64,000 bases of DNA, from assembly GCF_009834535.1 (NCBI RefSeq), contig NC_045696.1, positions 99,450,001 to 99,514,000 on the forward strand. Direction: 5' to 3'. The notes beneath the pieces are model-generated. The model was given only the letters and a program-made list of their open reading frames with translations. It was not told where the DNA came from and ran no database searches. The position numbers and the translations under genes were made by a program. This document shows, piece by piece, positions 1 through 10,879 of the stretch (the first letter of the stretch is position 1; each line of letters starts with the position of its first letter). Source of the stretch: Camelus ferus (taxonomy: Eukaryota).

Positions 1-153
1 GTTTCTCCCTCAGAGCCTCCAGAAGGAACCCACCTTGTGCCAACACCTTGATTTCAGACTATACTGACCTCTTGAACTGTGGGAAAATAAATCTGCCTTG
101 TTAGCCACACAGTATGTAATAGTTTGTTGCAGTAGCCCTAAGAAGCTAGTACA
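1..153 (+). mobile_element. MaLR LTR (MLT1-family) 3' portion, cut by window start
   Basis: Typical MLT1 3' motifs: 'ttctccctcagagcctccagaagga...caccttgatttcagact...aataaatctg...tttgttgcagtagccctaagaagctagtaca', ending in CA. Confidence 0.85.
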
Positions 154-164
154 GAAGTAAAATG

Positions 165-760
165 AGATGAGGATTTAGGCATTAGGCATCAGAAAGATAA
201 TTGTCATCTTTATCAAAAGCAGAATAGTCTCATGGAATGTTAGGGGTGGAATCCTTACTAGTGGGACTTGAAAAACAAACAAAAGGTGATGAGAAGACAG
301 GTAGGAAAATAGCTTGAGAGTGATCCACAGAGTTTTTATTTAATGAAATATACTAAGATATGTGTGGATGCCTAGTGGCAAGGGCACAGAGCAGAGGCTT
401 AGAAGTTGAAGAGCTTCAGGGAGGAATGACTGACAAAGGGACTCTGCGAAGGCAGTAGGGGAGAGCGTTCAGGTTAGTACTCACTCTTCCATTGCAATTA
501 AGAGGAAGAAAAAGTTTGCAGATACAGTTGGATTTGTATGGCGGAGAGATGAAAGATGTCATATCTAATACCATTTATTTTCTTAATTAAAAATGTTGCA
601 AGATCACCTGTTGAGTATAAGCGGGATGACGGAAAGTTGGATATTCCAGAAAGATGGAGGTATGCAATATAGGTATGACAAGAGAAAAAGCAAACGGATA
701 AGGCTGCTCAGAAGTATGCAGTATCAATTTAAGGGTAGTGGTTGAGTTGAGAGCGAAACC
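165..760 (-). mobile_element. Old LINE-2 fragment (antisense)
   Basis: Purine-rich degenerate match to antisense L2 ('ggatttagg...gtcatctttatcaaaagcag...ggaatgttaggggtggaatcc'); boundaries approximate. Confidence 0.5.
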
Positions 761-3700
761 AACATGCCCAGCTGGGGATCATAACCCAAGATTAAAAGAT
801 TTTTGAGAGCCTGATGTCTACTGAATATATCTCTCTATGTTTAATCAGATATGTGCTTTGCTTCCCTTTTATTGCTGATTATCTTGAGGCATCCTGGGTC
901 TCTAACACAACACAAGTGAGGGAATATGCAGTCACCAAGGTAAAATGGAGAATAGTTAGCATTTTTGTTCCGGTACTTCTATCCCCATTCATTGAGCTCT
1001 CAATGCCCCATTTTGTACCTATTAAAATTGAGTTAATACAGTAATACCCAGTAGTCAAAGCTTAAGAGGAAATAACCCAGGGACCAATGAATATTGAATG
1101 AAAAGCTGTAACCGTAATCCAGAGTACCAGTAGTGCAGTTCTGTTGATAGCTGAGAAGGGAAGTTGGAAATCCAGAAGCTCTGAAATGCCCGACAATATT
1201 CAGAAAGATAATATCTTAAAAATCTTCCCAAAAGATGCGATTGAAAGTGACTTTAAACCCTTGATTGAGAAGTACACTACTCCCACTCTGTAGTGTCGCC
1301 CAGCAATAATTTATTTTGAAAGCTGTAATTCACTTTTGACATTATCATTTGAAGCCTTGGATGCTTTCAACTGTAATGATTGGCTCTGAGCTACAGTGGG
1401 AGATTTCCTGAAAACATTCCTTCTTAATAACAGCAGTCAGAAGAGTACAAAGTAAAATGTGTGGAATCACAGAGTTTAAGTCCAAAGCCACCCAATGACA
1501 TAAATCAGAATAGCAATCTGTCATTATAAACATTGTAATCCTTGGGCTACGCATGAATAAGGGAGGAAAAAGAATTTAAAATAAAATAACTGTGAGATTT
1601 CACTATTTTAAATGCCTGAAAGTGTCATGTGCCTTAGCCAACCACTGTGGAACAAAAAAAGAAAATGACAGTGAGATTTAAATGCTCTGTCTTGCGCCAT
1701 TGGATAGCACATAATAAGGTTTCTAAGCTGTTTTAACTGAGTCTGGCGTGTAAGTTTGGAATTTAGGATGGGGGTTCGTTTAACCTAGGGTTTCACAAAA
1801 ATAGAGATCTGGGGGATGGTAACGTCAACCTGTTCCTTAACTCACAGTATGATCGTCAAAAGATTATGTGGGAATAAAGAGATTTAGATTTCATTTTCCT
1901 ATTCTCAACAAGATTATTTCAGTGTTGGATTTTTACTATGGAAGGCCTTCAGGATTGCCTATGTATTACTGCAGGTGATAGGGAACAGGAACTGAATACT
2001 TAATAGGAGATAAAGCCCCAGTTGTGCCCCATTTCTGGTGCTAGCAAGTTGAATTTGGAATATGTAGAATTAACATATGTTACTTTGCCGGAAGGACTTC
2101 TGTTGAAGTTTTTAGAGCAATTCTGCAGAACAAAGGGCTCATTACTTTTGCCTAATTAAAATGAGAAGGCAAACTGTGGAAACTAAAATAGCAGGGTGGT
2201 GTCACATGACAACCCTTTATTGGGTCCTTTAGTTTTTTTCCCCAAGTCTCTAGAGAGTAACTCTCCATCACGGAGGCCAGATGCTACAAGCTTCCACTCA
2301 TTCAAGCTACACCTGGAATAGAGTGCGCGACCCTGGCATTTCCCAGGCTGTGTGTCGGACCATAATCTCTCCCAGATTTTTCAAGAAAAGCAAAATAATT
2401 GCTGCGATGAGAACTGAATTTTCTATCTGAGGATCAAGGAAACTGGAACTCTTTAAGGGGAGATTTGTGAACTGATTGCGATATTCATTTCAAATTTTCC
2501 TAATGACGTCTTTTTCCTGCAGGATCAGAAGGTTAAGACTTAAGGAGGGAGAACATTAAATGGTTTGGTGTAGCAGTAGGAGGCAGGGGGGAAGATGAGA
2601 ATCCTAGTTCAACAGAAAGTGTTGGGGGAAGGAAAACAAGATAGAGGCAAAGAAAGAAAACTGAGGTGGGGATGCTGTGGAGACCATGCTCATGCTGTGA
2701 AGCTCTTGTTTAAATGAGCTTTAATTACAAGATCTAGAACTACCTCAAAGTGGGAAAGAAGAGTTTCTTAGAATTTTAAATGGTATAACTTAAAATTTCT
2801 TCCTTCTGATAAAATAGATACCCAATGTGCACAATAAACACCTCATTTTCATGATCTAGGAATATGGGTTTGTTTTTTTTTTTTCTTTTTAAAAACAGTG
2901 CCGTTTGCTTCCAGATAACTCTCTGTAGGAGATCTATAATGAAAGCCTCGTTTGATTCATCAATATGGGAGGAAAATCTGCTTGGATAATTTGAAACCCT
3001 TACTAATGAATCCTTGCCCATCTTTAATACTGGAAGGTTGCATGGCCTTCATTAGGAAATATGTGTAGACCACAGAGGGGCCAACAGAGGGAGCCCTGTG
3101 TGATCATTTCATCTCAAGAGATTAGGACCTCAGTTAGATTGCAACATGTTATTCTCGCTTGCTAATGCTTCCTGATGGTTTTCTTTTAGTTCAGGCAGCT
3201 TAATGATTCAGCAGTCTTTATCATGTAAAGAAATGTCACTTATTGTCTGATTTAGCAGTGCCTTCCTTCTCTCTGACCTGCACATTCTCCTTGGGTGAGG
3301 TTTCTTCTACTTGATGTACTACTCATCGTTAAATGTGTTTCATTGTGGCAAAGTCCATAAAGACTCAGTGAAATAGCATACTTGGGTATGTTGTGCTATA
3401 GATATTTACGTTATTTAAAAAGTGACTTAGATCTTAGAGGGGTCTGTTTTCAAATTGGAGAATGAACTCATTTTGCTTTGCCCTTTGGGGCAGCCCTGGG
3501 TGCTGGAAACTTTAGCATAAAAGTGGCATGTTTTTAAGGTGTGCTTAACGTTACCCAGTGGAAAGCAGTTTAAAACATTAAATGTATTAAAATAAACATA
3601 AATGTGTTATGAGAACAGAGTAAAAGACTAGCTTGCATTTTAAAAATACTATGTAAGACTTCAAAGGAATTTTAAGTCAGACATTGACTCTCCTCTGTCT

Positions 3701-5499
3701 GGGTGATTCTTGTCCAAAAAAGTAAGAAAAACACTGGTGCAGGATCTAATAATTGTAATTTACAAGTCCCTTCCCATAATCTAAATTATGCTCTAGTACT
3801 CCGAAAGAGTTGGCCTCATTCAGGGACAAACATTTCTCCATGGAAAAAGAAGTTTGCGTTTGATAACTCAGACGTGCAGACTAGGAAAACCAAAAATGCT
3901 TTATCTACCATAAATAATCCAGGCAGGTAGCAGAGTCCCACAGCAGAGACATCTTGAGCTAACAGCACTATTCACATTGATTGCTCCAGATTCAATTCCT
4001 CAGTATTTGTCTTCTTTTATTACCAGCTGACTCTGACAGAAAGTACAGGAGACAGAAAACATGTGGTTTAGGAGTGGTGCCATTTTTAATCTGTATGGCA
4101 CATGCAATTTTCTAGTATCTTTTTATTTCACTGTACACAGGTACAGTATAAATAACAAAAGATTTCACTGGAACTTTAAAACGAAATGATAATGATGTAT
4201 GAAACAGGCAATGAATTTAGATTTTGCCAAGGCAGTATGAACTCTGTTGATTTCTTTTTTGGGGGTAGTGTCTGCTATTATATTCTAAGTACATTAATAA
4301 AGAACAGGGAACTACAACCTTTCAAATTTTATCAAATGCTTGCAAATATTAAAAAAAAGTAATTTTTAACAATAATTCACTTTTCTAAATTCTTAAGTAA
4401 AGATAAAAGTAGTTCTTTTGTTATTTAAATGCATTTAAAGCAAGTCAATCCCTAGGAAAATTAATATGAATTTCCTTTTTCTAAATATTAGGACTTTCTT
4501 AATCACATCAAAAGGAAATACATTTTAAACCTTCTTAAATTTAATAGGGTTATTATTTTGCATTATAAGCAACTCGTGTAAGTAATCTTCAGTCTGACAA
4601 GCTGGCACCATTACAGACTGGTTAAATCAAATATTTCCATGACCTATAATTTCAAGAGCTGAAGAATTCTAGTTCTGATTTACAAAGCTTTTCTGTATCT
4701 TGTCTTGCAGGTAATTTTCAACTCACAAAACCAATGTCGGTTCCTGTCAAGTCTTCTCTTTCTTATACAATCTCTCAGAATTAAAATGTATCCTCTGAAC
4801 TAGAATCTGCTATTTAAGTGCTTTCTTCTCATTCCAAAGCATTATGTGGATTTCTCTGCTCTTCACCATTGGTGTTTGGGGGGGGTGTAGTCACGTGACA
4901 TACCAAGCCTTTCATTTCTCCTCTTTTCCTCTGAAGCTGCAAAGGAATGTGATATGATACACAGTTTACATCTGCTCTCCATGCCTGACCACCTCTCTCC
5001 CTAGACCACAGACCTTTGTTCTTCCTCCTAATCCACGAGCATTGGAGTTTATAGCATTCTCTCTCACACATTTGTCATTTTATCTCTATCTTATTGATAT
5101 TTCCATTTTCCCTCCAAACTTCAAAGCTATTCACTTACACCTTGGATAACGCTACTCAGAGTACTGTTCAATAAAAACTAAATGAGTTTTCCTCCCAGTA
5201 AAATAGGCTGAAGGTGTTACTCTGCTTAGAGATGAGACCATTTTATTTTCTTGTGTTTATGGTCTCAGTTTTGAGTCTTTGATGAAGTAGATAAATGCCT
5301 CGCATAATAGAAGACATTGCATTGTCCTGTGTATGCTTCTTGCTTAAAAATTGTTACCATACGTTCTGGGGGAGCTGTGATCCCAAGGCTGGAAATGCAT
5401 TAGGAGTCAAACATGCTGTTTTAGGCTCTGGTATCACCATTTATTCAGTGAGATTCTCTAAGCTTATATTGCTCTTTTGTGAAAGTAGCTTTTTTTCTT

Positions 5500-6170
5500 T
5501 TACTAAAATTGCTCCAGCAGAAGTTACTGGTGCCCTTTACAAAGTGAATGGCTTCTCCCTTGGTCATTGAGCTGACCGACACTGACATTGGACATTGTTA
5601 CTCACACTCAAAGTCTCTCCAACTTTGGTTTTCCTTTTCTCCTCCTGTTTTTAGTTCTTATCTCTTATATTTTTGGTTCTTGCCTTTATTTCTTTTCTGT
5701 TTTTTCCTTGACTGACTTATCTACTTTCACATCTTCAACTTGTCTTTATATAGTGTTTTTCTAAATTGATATCATTCTTAAAGTTTCTTCTAATTATATT
5801 TTTTAATGGCTTGTGACATATTTCTCCATTGATATTATACTGGCATCTTAAGGGCAGAATATTCTTAAATAACTTATTTCCCAGGATCTAATTTTTTAGA
5901 ACTCATTCTTATCTATTGCCAGGCTAATCTTTGTAAGGTAACTTCCTTTCTCCAAAACTACTAGTGGTTTCTTAATGTGAGCTAGACTCTCCCTCCTTCA
6001 GGCTTTGCCTTATTCTGGGTCCCTGCACCACAGGGCCTTATCTCTTTTTCATTGCTTATGAAAATCTTGTGTTTTCCAAATTCAGGTAAGACTTACTCAA
6101 TCCTTAATTTTCACAAGCAGTTGATAACCTTCTCTCCTAAAACTTTTTTTTTTTCACTGCTCTTACGAGA
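5500..6170 (+). mobile_element. Old LINE-2 fragment
   Basis: Pyrimidine-rich degenerate L2-like motifs ('cagaagttactggtgcc...gacattgttactcac...ctctccaactttggttttcc', 'ccttattctgggtccctg'). Confidence 0.5.
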
Positions 6171-6194
6171 AGTATGATAACATAACATATATGA

Positions 6195-6291
6195 AATCAT
6201 GGTTGTATAAGCAGATTTTTATCCTAATTTAACATCCCTGAAATTAAGATGAATTAACAGTCAAAGGCATCTTACATTTGATAAAATACAG
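6195..6291. mobile_element. MER104-like non-autonomous TcMar DNA transposon
   Basis: 'tttaacatccctgaaattaagatg...ggcatcttacatttgataaaatacag' followed by TA resembles the MER104 body and right TIR. Confidence 0.6.
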
Positions 6292-6519
6292 TATTTTCTT
6301 TGTAGCAAATTATCAAGGCCTTTGGGAAGAAGAGATACTTAATTTTTACCTCCCACATTTCCTTTTCAATTAAAAATCTGTTGAATTAGCACCTGCCGCA
6401 TTGTCTGTAATCTGACTAATTCAAATGAAACTGTCAGAGCCGCCAGTTACTGTTCTCATAGATAAATTAGCCAAAGGCTGATTTGATCTAGAGTCTTTCG
6501 TGTTTTTAGAAATACTACC

Positions 6520-7275
6520 TTCGTAACAGTGTTAAGCTCTCCTGTCTTGCAATGCATATAGATCTTGCACTTTTATTGTTAAATTTATTCCCAAGGGTTT
6601 TATTATTTTTGATGCTTTAATAAATGGAATTATTTTCTTAATTTTATTTTTGAATTGTTCATTATTGGGGTACAGAAACACAATTCATTTTACTGACCTC
6701 ATATCCTATAATCTTGTTGAGTGCATTTGTTAGTTCCAATAGGTTTTTTTTTTAATATTTTAATGGATTAGTTAGGACTTCTATGTACAAGATGACGTCA
6801 TCTGCAAAGAGAACTTTTTGGGGGCGGTAGGTAGGGGAGAGAGGTAATTAGGCTTATTTATTTATTTTTAGAGGAGGTACTAGGAATCGAACCCAGGACC
6901 TCATATCTGCTAAACATGCATTCTACCACTTGACCTATATCCTCCTGCCTCTATCATCTGCAAAAAGAGATACTTCTTCCTTTCCAATCTGGATGCCTTT
7001 CACTTCTTTATTTTGCCAGTTTCCCTAACCAGAAACTCCAGTACACGGTTGAATAGAAGTGGGGAAAGTGGCCATTACCTGTCTTACCCTTGATCTTAGG
7101 AAAAAGCATTTTTTTTCTTTCACCATTAAATATGATGTTAGCTATTTTTTTCATAGATGGGCTTTGTCAGGTTGAGAAAGTTCCTTTTTATTTCTAGTTT
7201 GTTGAGTGCTTTGATCATGAAATAGTGTTGGAGTTTTCAAATGCTTTTTTCTGCATCTGTTGCAATGATCACACA
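6520..7275 (-). mobile_element. Old L1M ORF2 fragment, antisense (inverted 5' segment of the L1 at 7285-8195); interrupted by a SINE
   Basis: Antisense L1 ORF2 motifs 'ttgttaaatttattcccaag', 'cttcctttccaatctggatgcc', 'aaatgctttttctgcatctgttg'-like. Confidence 0.85.
6815..6950 (-). mobile_element. Camelid Vic-1-type tRNA-derived SINE
   Basis: Reverse complement reads 'gaggatataggtcaagtggtagaatgcatgtttagcagatatgaggtcctgggttcgattcctagtacctcc-aaaaataaataaataagcctaattacctc' (A box, B box GGTTCGATTCC); flanking TSD tcatctgcaaa at 6798-6808 and 6954-6964. Confidence 0.85.
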
Positions 7276-7284
7276 GATTGTGTG

Positions 7285-8195
7285 TGATCCCAGAAGAGCC
7301 AAAAGGATTTTGAAACAGAACAAAGTTGGAGGACTCACATTTCTTAATTTCAAAACTTAATACAAAACTATAGCAAACAAGACAGTGTGGTATTAGCATA
7401 TGAATAAATATATAAAGCAATAAAATATAATTGAAAGTCCAGAAATAAACACTTACTTATATAATCAATTGATTTTTGACAGAGGTGCTAAGACCTTTCA
7501 GTGGAGAAAGAATAGTGTTTTCAACAAACGGTTTTGAGAAAACTGGATATTCACACGCAAAAAAAAAAAAAAGGGGGTTTGGGAAACTTACCTCACACTG
7601 TATACAAAATGAACTCAAAATGGGTTATAGACCCAAATGTAAGAATTTTAAAACTATATGGCACTTAGAAGTCATAGGAGTAAATTTCTGTGATCTTTGA
7701 TTAGGCAAAGTTTTCTTAAATATGACACCAAAAAGTGCATACAACAAACAGAAAAAAAAAACATAAATTGAACTTCATCAATGAAAACCTTTGGTTGTCA
7801 AAGGTCACCGTCAAGAAAATCAAGGAACAATTCATAAAATGGAAAAAAAAATACTTTCAAATCATGTTACTGATAAGTGATTTATACGTAGAATATATTA
7901 AGAACCCTTATAATTCAACAATGCCAAACAACAAATGAGGAAAGAATTTGAATAGACATTTATTCAAAGAAGGCATACAAATGCTCAAAAGGCAAAAAAA
8001 AATGAAAACATAGTCACACAAATACTTATTCATGAATGTTCATTGCAGCCTTATTCATAGGAGCCAAAAGTGGAAATAACTTAAGTCTTTCAATTAAATG
8101 AGGTATATTTGTACCAGCTGTAAAAAGAAGTATGTCCAGATACCTATTGCCACACAGATGAACTTTGAAAACACCTCGCTAAGTGAAAGAATCTA
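7285..8195 (+). mobile_element. Old L1M ORF2 3' part / 3' end fragment
   Basis: Sense L1 motifs 'cccagaagagccaaaag...gaacaaagttggaggactcaca', 'tttcaacaaacggttttgagaaaactggatattcac', 'aacacctcgctaagtgaaagaa'. Confidence 0.85.
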
Positions 8196-8204
8196 AATCA
8201 CTAT

Positions 8205-8513
8205 TGGATCATCCCCATGGGCATAGAGACATGCCTTGACATCTCTTAAACAAAACCCCTTCTCTGATCTGCAAGTTTTCCTCTAGGTGCCCCATCCCAG
8301 TTTTCCATATATGTGTGGTGGGTCAGCACTCCTAACCCTCAAGCTTAAAACTCAATTATCATTGAAACTTCTTTCCAAAAGCTGCCACTCACCAATTTCT
8401 TTATTTCTGCCTGTGATACCTACCCAGGAACATTTAAAAACCTAGGAACTTCTTTCTCACCACTCTGAGATTTGTTTCCACAAGTGGTTAATTCTCTCTT
8501 AGCAATGTTTCTT
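8205..8513 (+). mobile_element. LINE-2 fragment, 5' part (split by the L1 insertion at 8514-9376)
   Basis: L2-like 'caagcttaaaactcaattatc...acccaggaacatttaaaaacctagga'; continues after the second TSD at 9392. Confidence 0.55.
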
Positions 8514-9376
8514 TCTTTCTTTTTTTTTTTTTTTGAAATAATGAAGATATTTATTGTTGAAAAACAAAAGTGAAAATGGGTAGCAAGTAGACTGTCTAGC
8601 ATCAGTCACTTGAAAAGTAAGGAAGTTTCCATTCAGTATGTTTCCAAGGCAAGCCATCCAGGAGTTTATGTTGGTGTTTTTCTTTTAAATTTTTTATTGA
8701 GTTATAGTCAGTTTACAATGTTGTGTCAATTTCCAGTGCAGAACACAATTTTTCAATTATACATGAACATACATATATTCATTGTTGCATACTTTTTCAC
8801 TGTGAGCTACCACAAGATCTTGTATATATTTCCCTGTGCTATACGGTATAATCTTGTTTCTTTATTCTACATTTTGAAGTCCCAGTCTGTCCCTTCCCAC
8901 CCCCTCCCCCTTGGCAACCGCAAGTTTGTATTCTATGTCTGAGTCTGTTTCTGTTTTGTATTTGTGTTCATTTGTCTTTTTCTTTTTTCTTTTCTTTTCC
9001 TCTTTCTTTCTTTTCTTCCTTTCTTCCTTTCTTCATTTCTTTCTTTCTTGCTTTCTTCCTTTCTTGCTTTCTTCCTTTCTTCCTTCCTTCCTTCCTTCCT
9101 TCCTTCCTTCCTTCCTTCCTTCCTTCCTTCCTTCCTTTTCCACATATGAGCAATCTCAAACTGTATTTTTCTTTCTCTTTCTGGCTTACTTCACTTAGAG
9201 TGACATTCTCCAGGAACATCCATGTTGCCACAAATGGCATTATGTTGGCATTTTTATGGCTGAATAGTATTCCATTGTATAAATATACCACATCTTCTTT
9301 ATCTAGTCATCTGTCGATGGACATTTAGGCTGTTTCCATGTCTTGGCTGTTGTAATTAGTGCTGCTATGAACATTT
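8514..9376 (-). mobile_element. Young 5'-truncated L1 carrying a 3' transduction
   Basis: L1 ORF2 C-terminus and 3' UTR at 8687-9376 (ORF 8968-9291: ...PFVATWMFLENVTLSEVSQKEKEKY); 142 bp non-L1 sequence at 8535-8676; poly(T) tract 8514-8534; exact 15-bp TSD ttagcaatgtttctt at 8499-8513 and 9377-9391. Confidence 0.9.
8976..9137. repeat. Compound (TTTC)n/(TTCC)n polypyrimidine microsatellite inside L1
   Basis: About 160 bp of almost pure pyrimidines, with a long perfect TTCC run at its right end. Confidence 0.95.
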
Positions 9377-9391
9377 TTAGCAATGTTTCTT

Positions 9392-9812
9392 CAATGTATT
9401 GTTCCTTTTCTCCTCAATACAGTTAACTTCATCCCTGAGTTGCTGCATTCACTTCAAATCATTGCCCATCTTTGACTCCAACGTATGAGCAGTCACAAGA
9501 TCAGTCTTCTGAAAAACCCCAAACCACCATGTCACATCTTTACTCATTAATTTCAAGGACCCACTATCATATATAAGCACTCTTTTTTTCTCTGACTTCC
9601 TCCAGCAGGGTTCTCCCTCATCAGTTGCTTAGCTATTGTTGTTGTTGTTAAATTCCTGTTGCTGTGTACATGTAATTAATTTTGTCAATTCGATTGTAAG
9701 CACCTGTAGGGCAGAGACTCTGTTTATCCTTCTTTGTCTTCACTACAACCTCTGGCTGAATGGTTGACATGTCTTGCTGTTCAATAATGTGCTGTTTGTT
9801 TGATTGATGAAT
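9392..9812 (+). mobile_element. LINE-2 3' part
   Basis: L2 3'-end motifs 'gattgtaagcacctgtagggcagagactctgtttatc...tcaataatgtgctgtttgtttgattgatgaat'. Confidence 0.7.
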
Positions 9813-9821
9813 CACTTGTCT

Positions 9822-10112
9822 CTGCCTGATTAGCTCAGTTGTTAAGTGTAGGGTGCTAATGAGGCCAGGGGCATAAGATCAAGTCCTGTGTGGATCAATT
9901 AGCTTTGGCTCAGTTCATAACCACAGTGTGTACTCTACCTCAAATCAGCCTCCCAGAAAGCATGTGTTTAGACACAAAAGTGGGAGCAAAGTAGGGGATG
10001 AACATTAGGCTAGTGTAATTTCATCTTCATCACTAAAGGTAAAACATCCTAAAATGTAAGAGCTCTTCCTGATGATGGACCTACGGTACATCTCCATGTA
10101 TGGAAGAGAGCC
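9822..10112 (+). mobile_element. tRNA-Ile-derived ancient SINE (MamSINE1-like)
   Basis: Head 'gcctgattagctcagttgttaagtgtagggtgctaatgaggccagggg...atcaagtcctgtgtggatca' resembles tRNA-Ile(AAT); followed by MamSINE1-like body 'ttagctttggctcagttcataaccacag...'. Confidence 0.7.
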
Positions 10113-10641
10113 ACCTTGTAGCTATGTTTCGTAGTCCTGGCTCAGTTTAACTTTCAGGATATTATTATTTCATCATTTGAATCAAAATCAGTAACTATTT
10201 AATTTGTTTAAAAAAGAGAATCTCAAAACTTTATGAGTGAAAGTTATATGAAGGTTAAGTTTCCTAGTCATACATTTTATTTTAAATTACTGCCAGCATA
10301 ATCCCATCTATTATTTTATAACAGCCTAGTTAAAGTTAGATTTGCAAATATGCAAAAGCAATGTACTTTATCAGCCATTTCTGTGACCCTTCAGAAAATG
10401 ATATCCAAGTTACTTTTTTCCAAAATTTCTAAAGTTTTGAATTTAGTAGGTATATAAATACCTATTTGTTTTAGTATTGAGTTGGTTTCACATAAATGTA
10501 TATTCAATAATAATTATTCTCTTCTATATTCAGTACAAGAGAAATAAGCTACAGAGACATAATTGTAAGATGAAAAGAGAAACAGTGCAGTTAGGATCAG
10601 ATGATGAAGGGAAAAAACAAATATATAAGAAATTTAGGGAA

Positions 10642-10879
10642 CCATAAAATTGTTTACTATGTGAGTCTGTTTTTGATTTCTAAATGTTAACCACTATATA
10701 TATAAATAGATAATAACCAAATTTCTTCTGTATGGCACAGGGAACTATATTCAATATCTTATAATAACCTTTAATGAAAAATATGAAAATGAATATATGT
10801 ATGTCTATGCATGACTGGGACATTGTGCTATACACCAGAAACTGACACATTGTAAGTGACTGCACGTCAACTAAAAAAA
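10642..10879 (+). mobile_element. Short L1 3' UTR insertion with inverted 5' segment
   Basis: Sense 3' UTR at about 10676-10879 ending in an A-tail; 10642-10675 is antisense L1 3' UTR; 15-bp TSD (13/15) at 10627-10641 and 10880-10894. Confidence 0.8.

Noticed and set aside
8911..9328. Several overlapping ORFs (FLPS / KEGR repeats)
   Set aside because: Read-through of the TTCC microsatellite and L1 sequence
9824..9897. Possible tRNA-Ile gene
   Set aside because: T-arm/B box and stems are degenerate and it continues into a SINE body; no poly-T terminator
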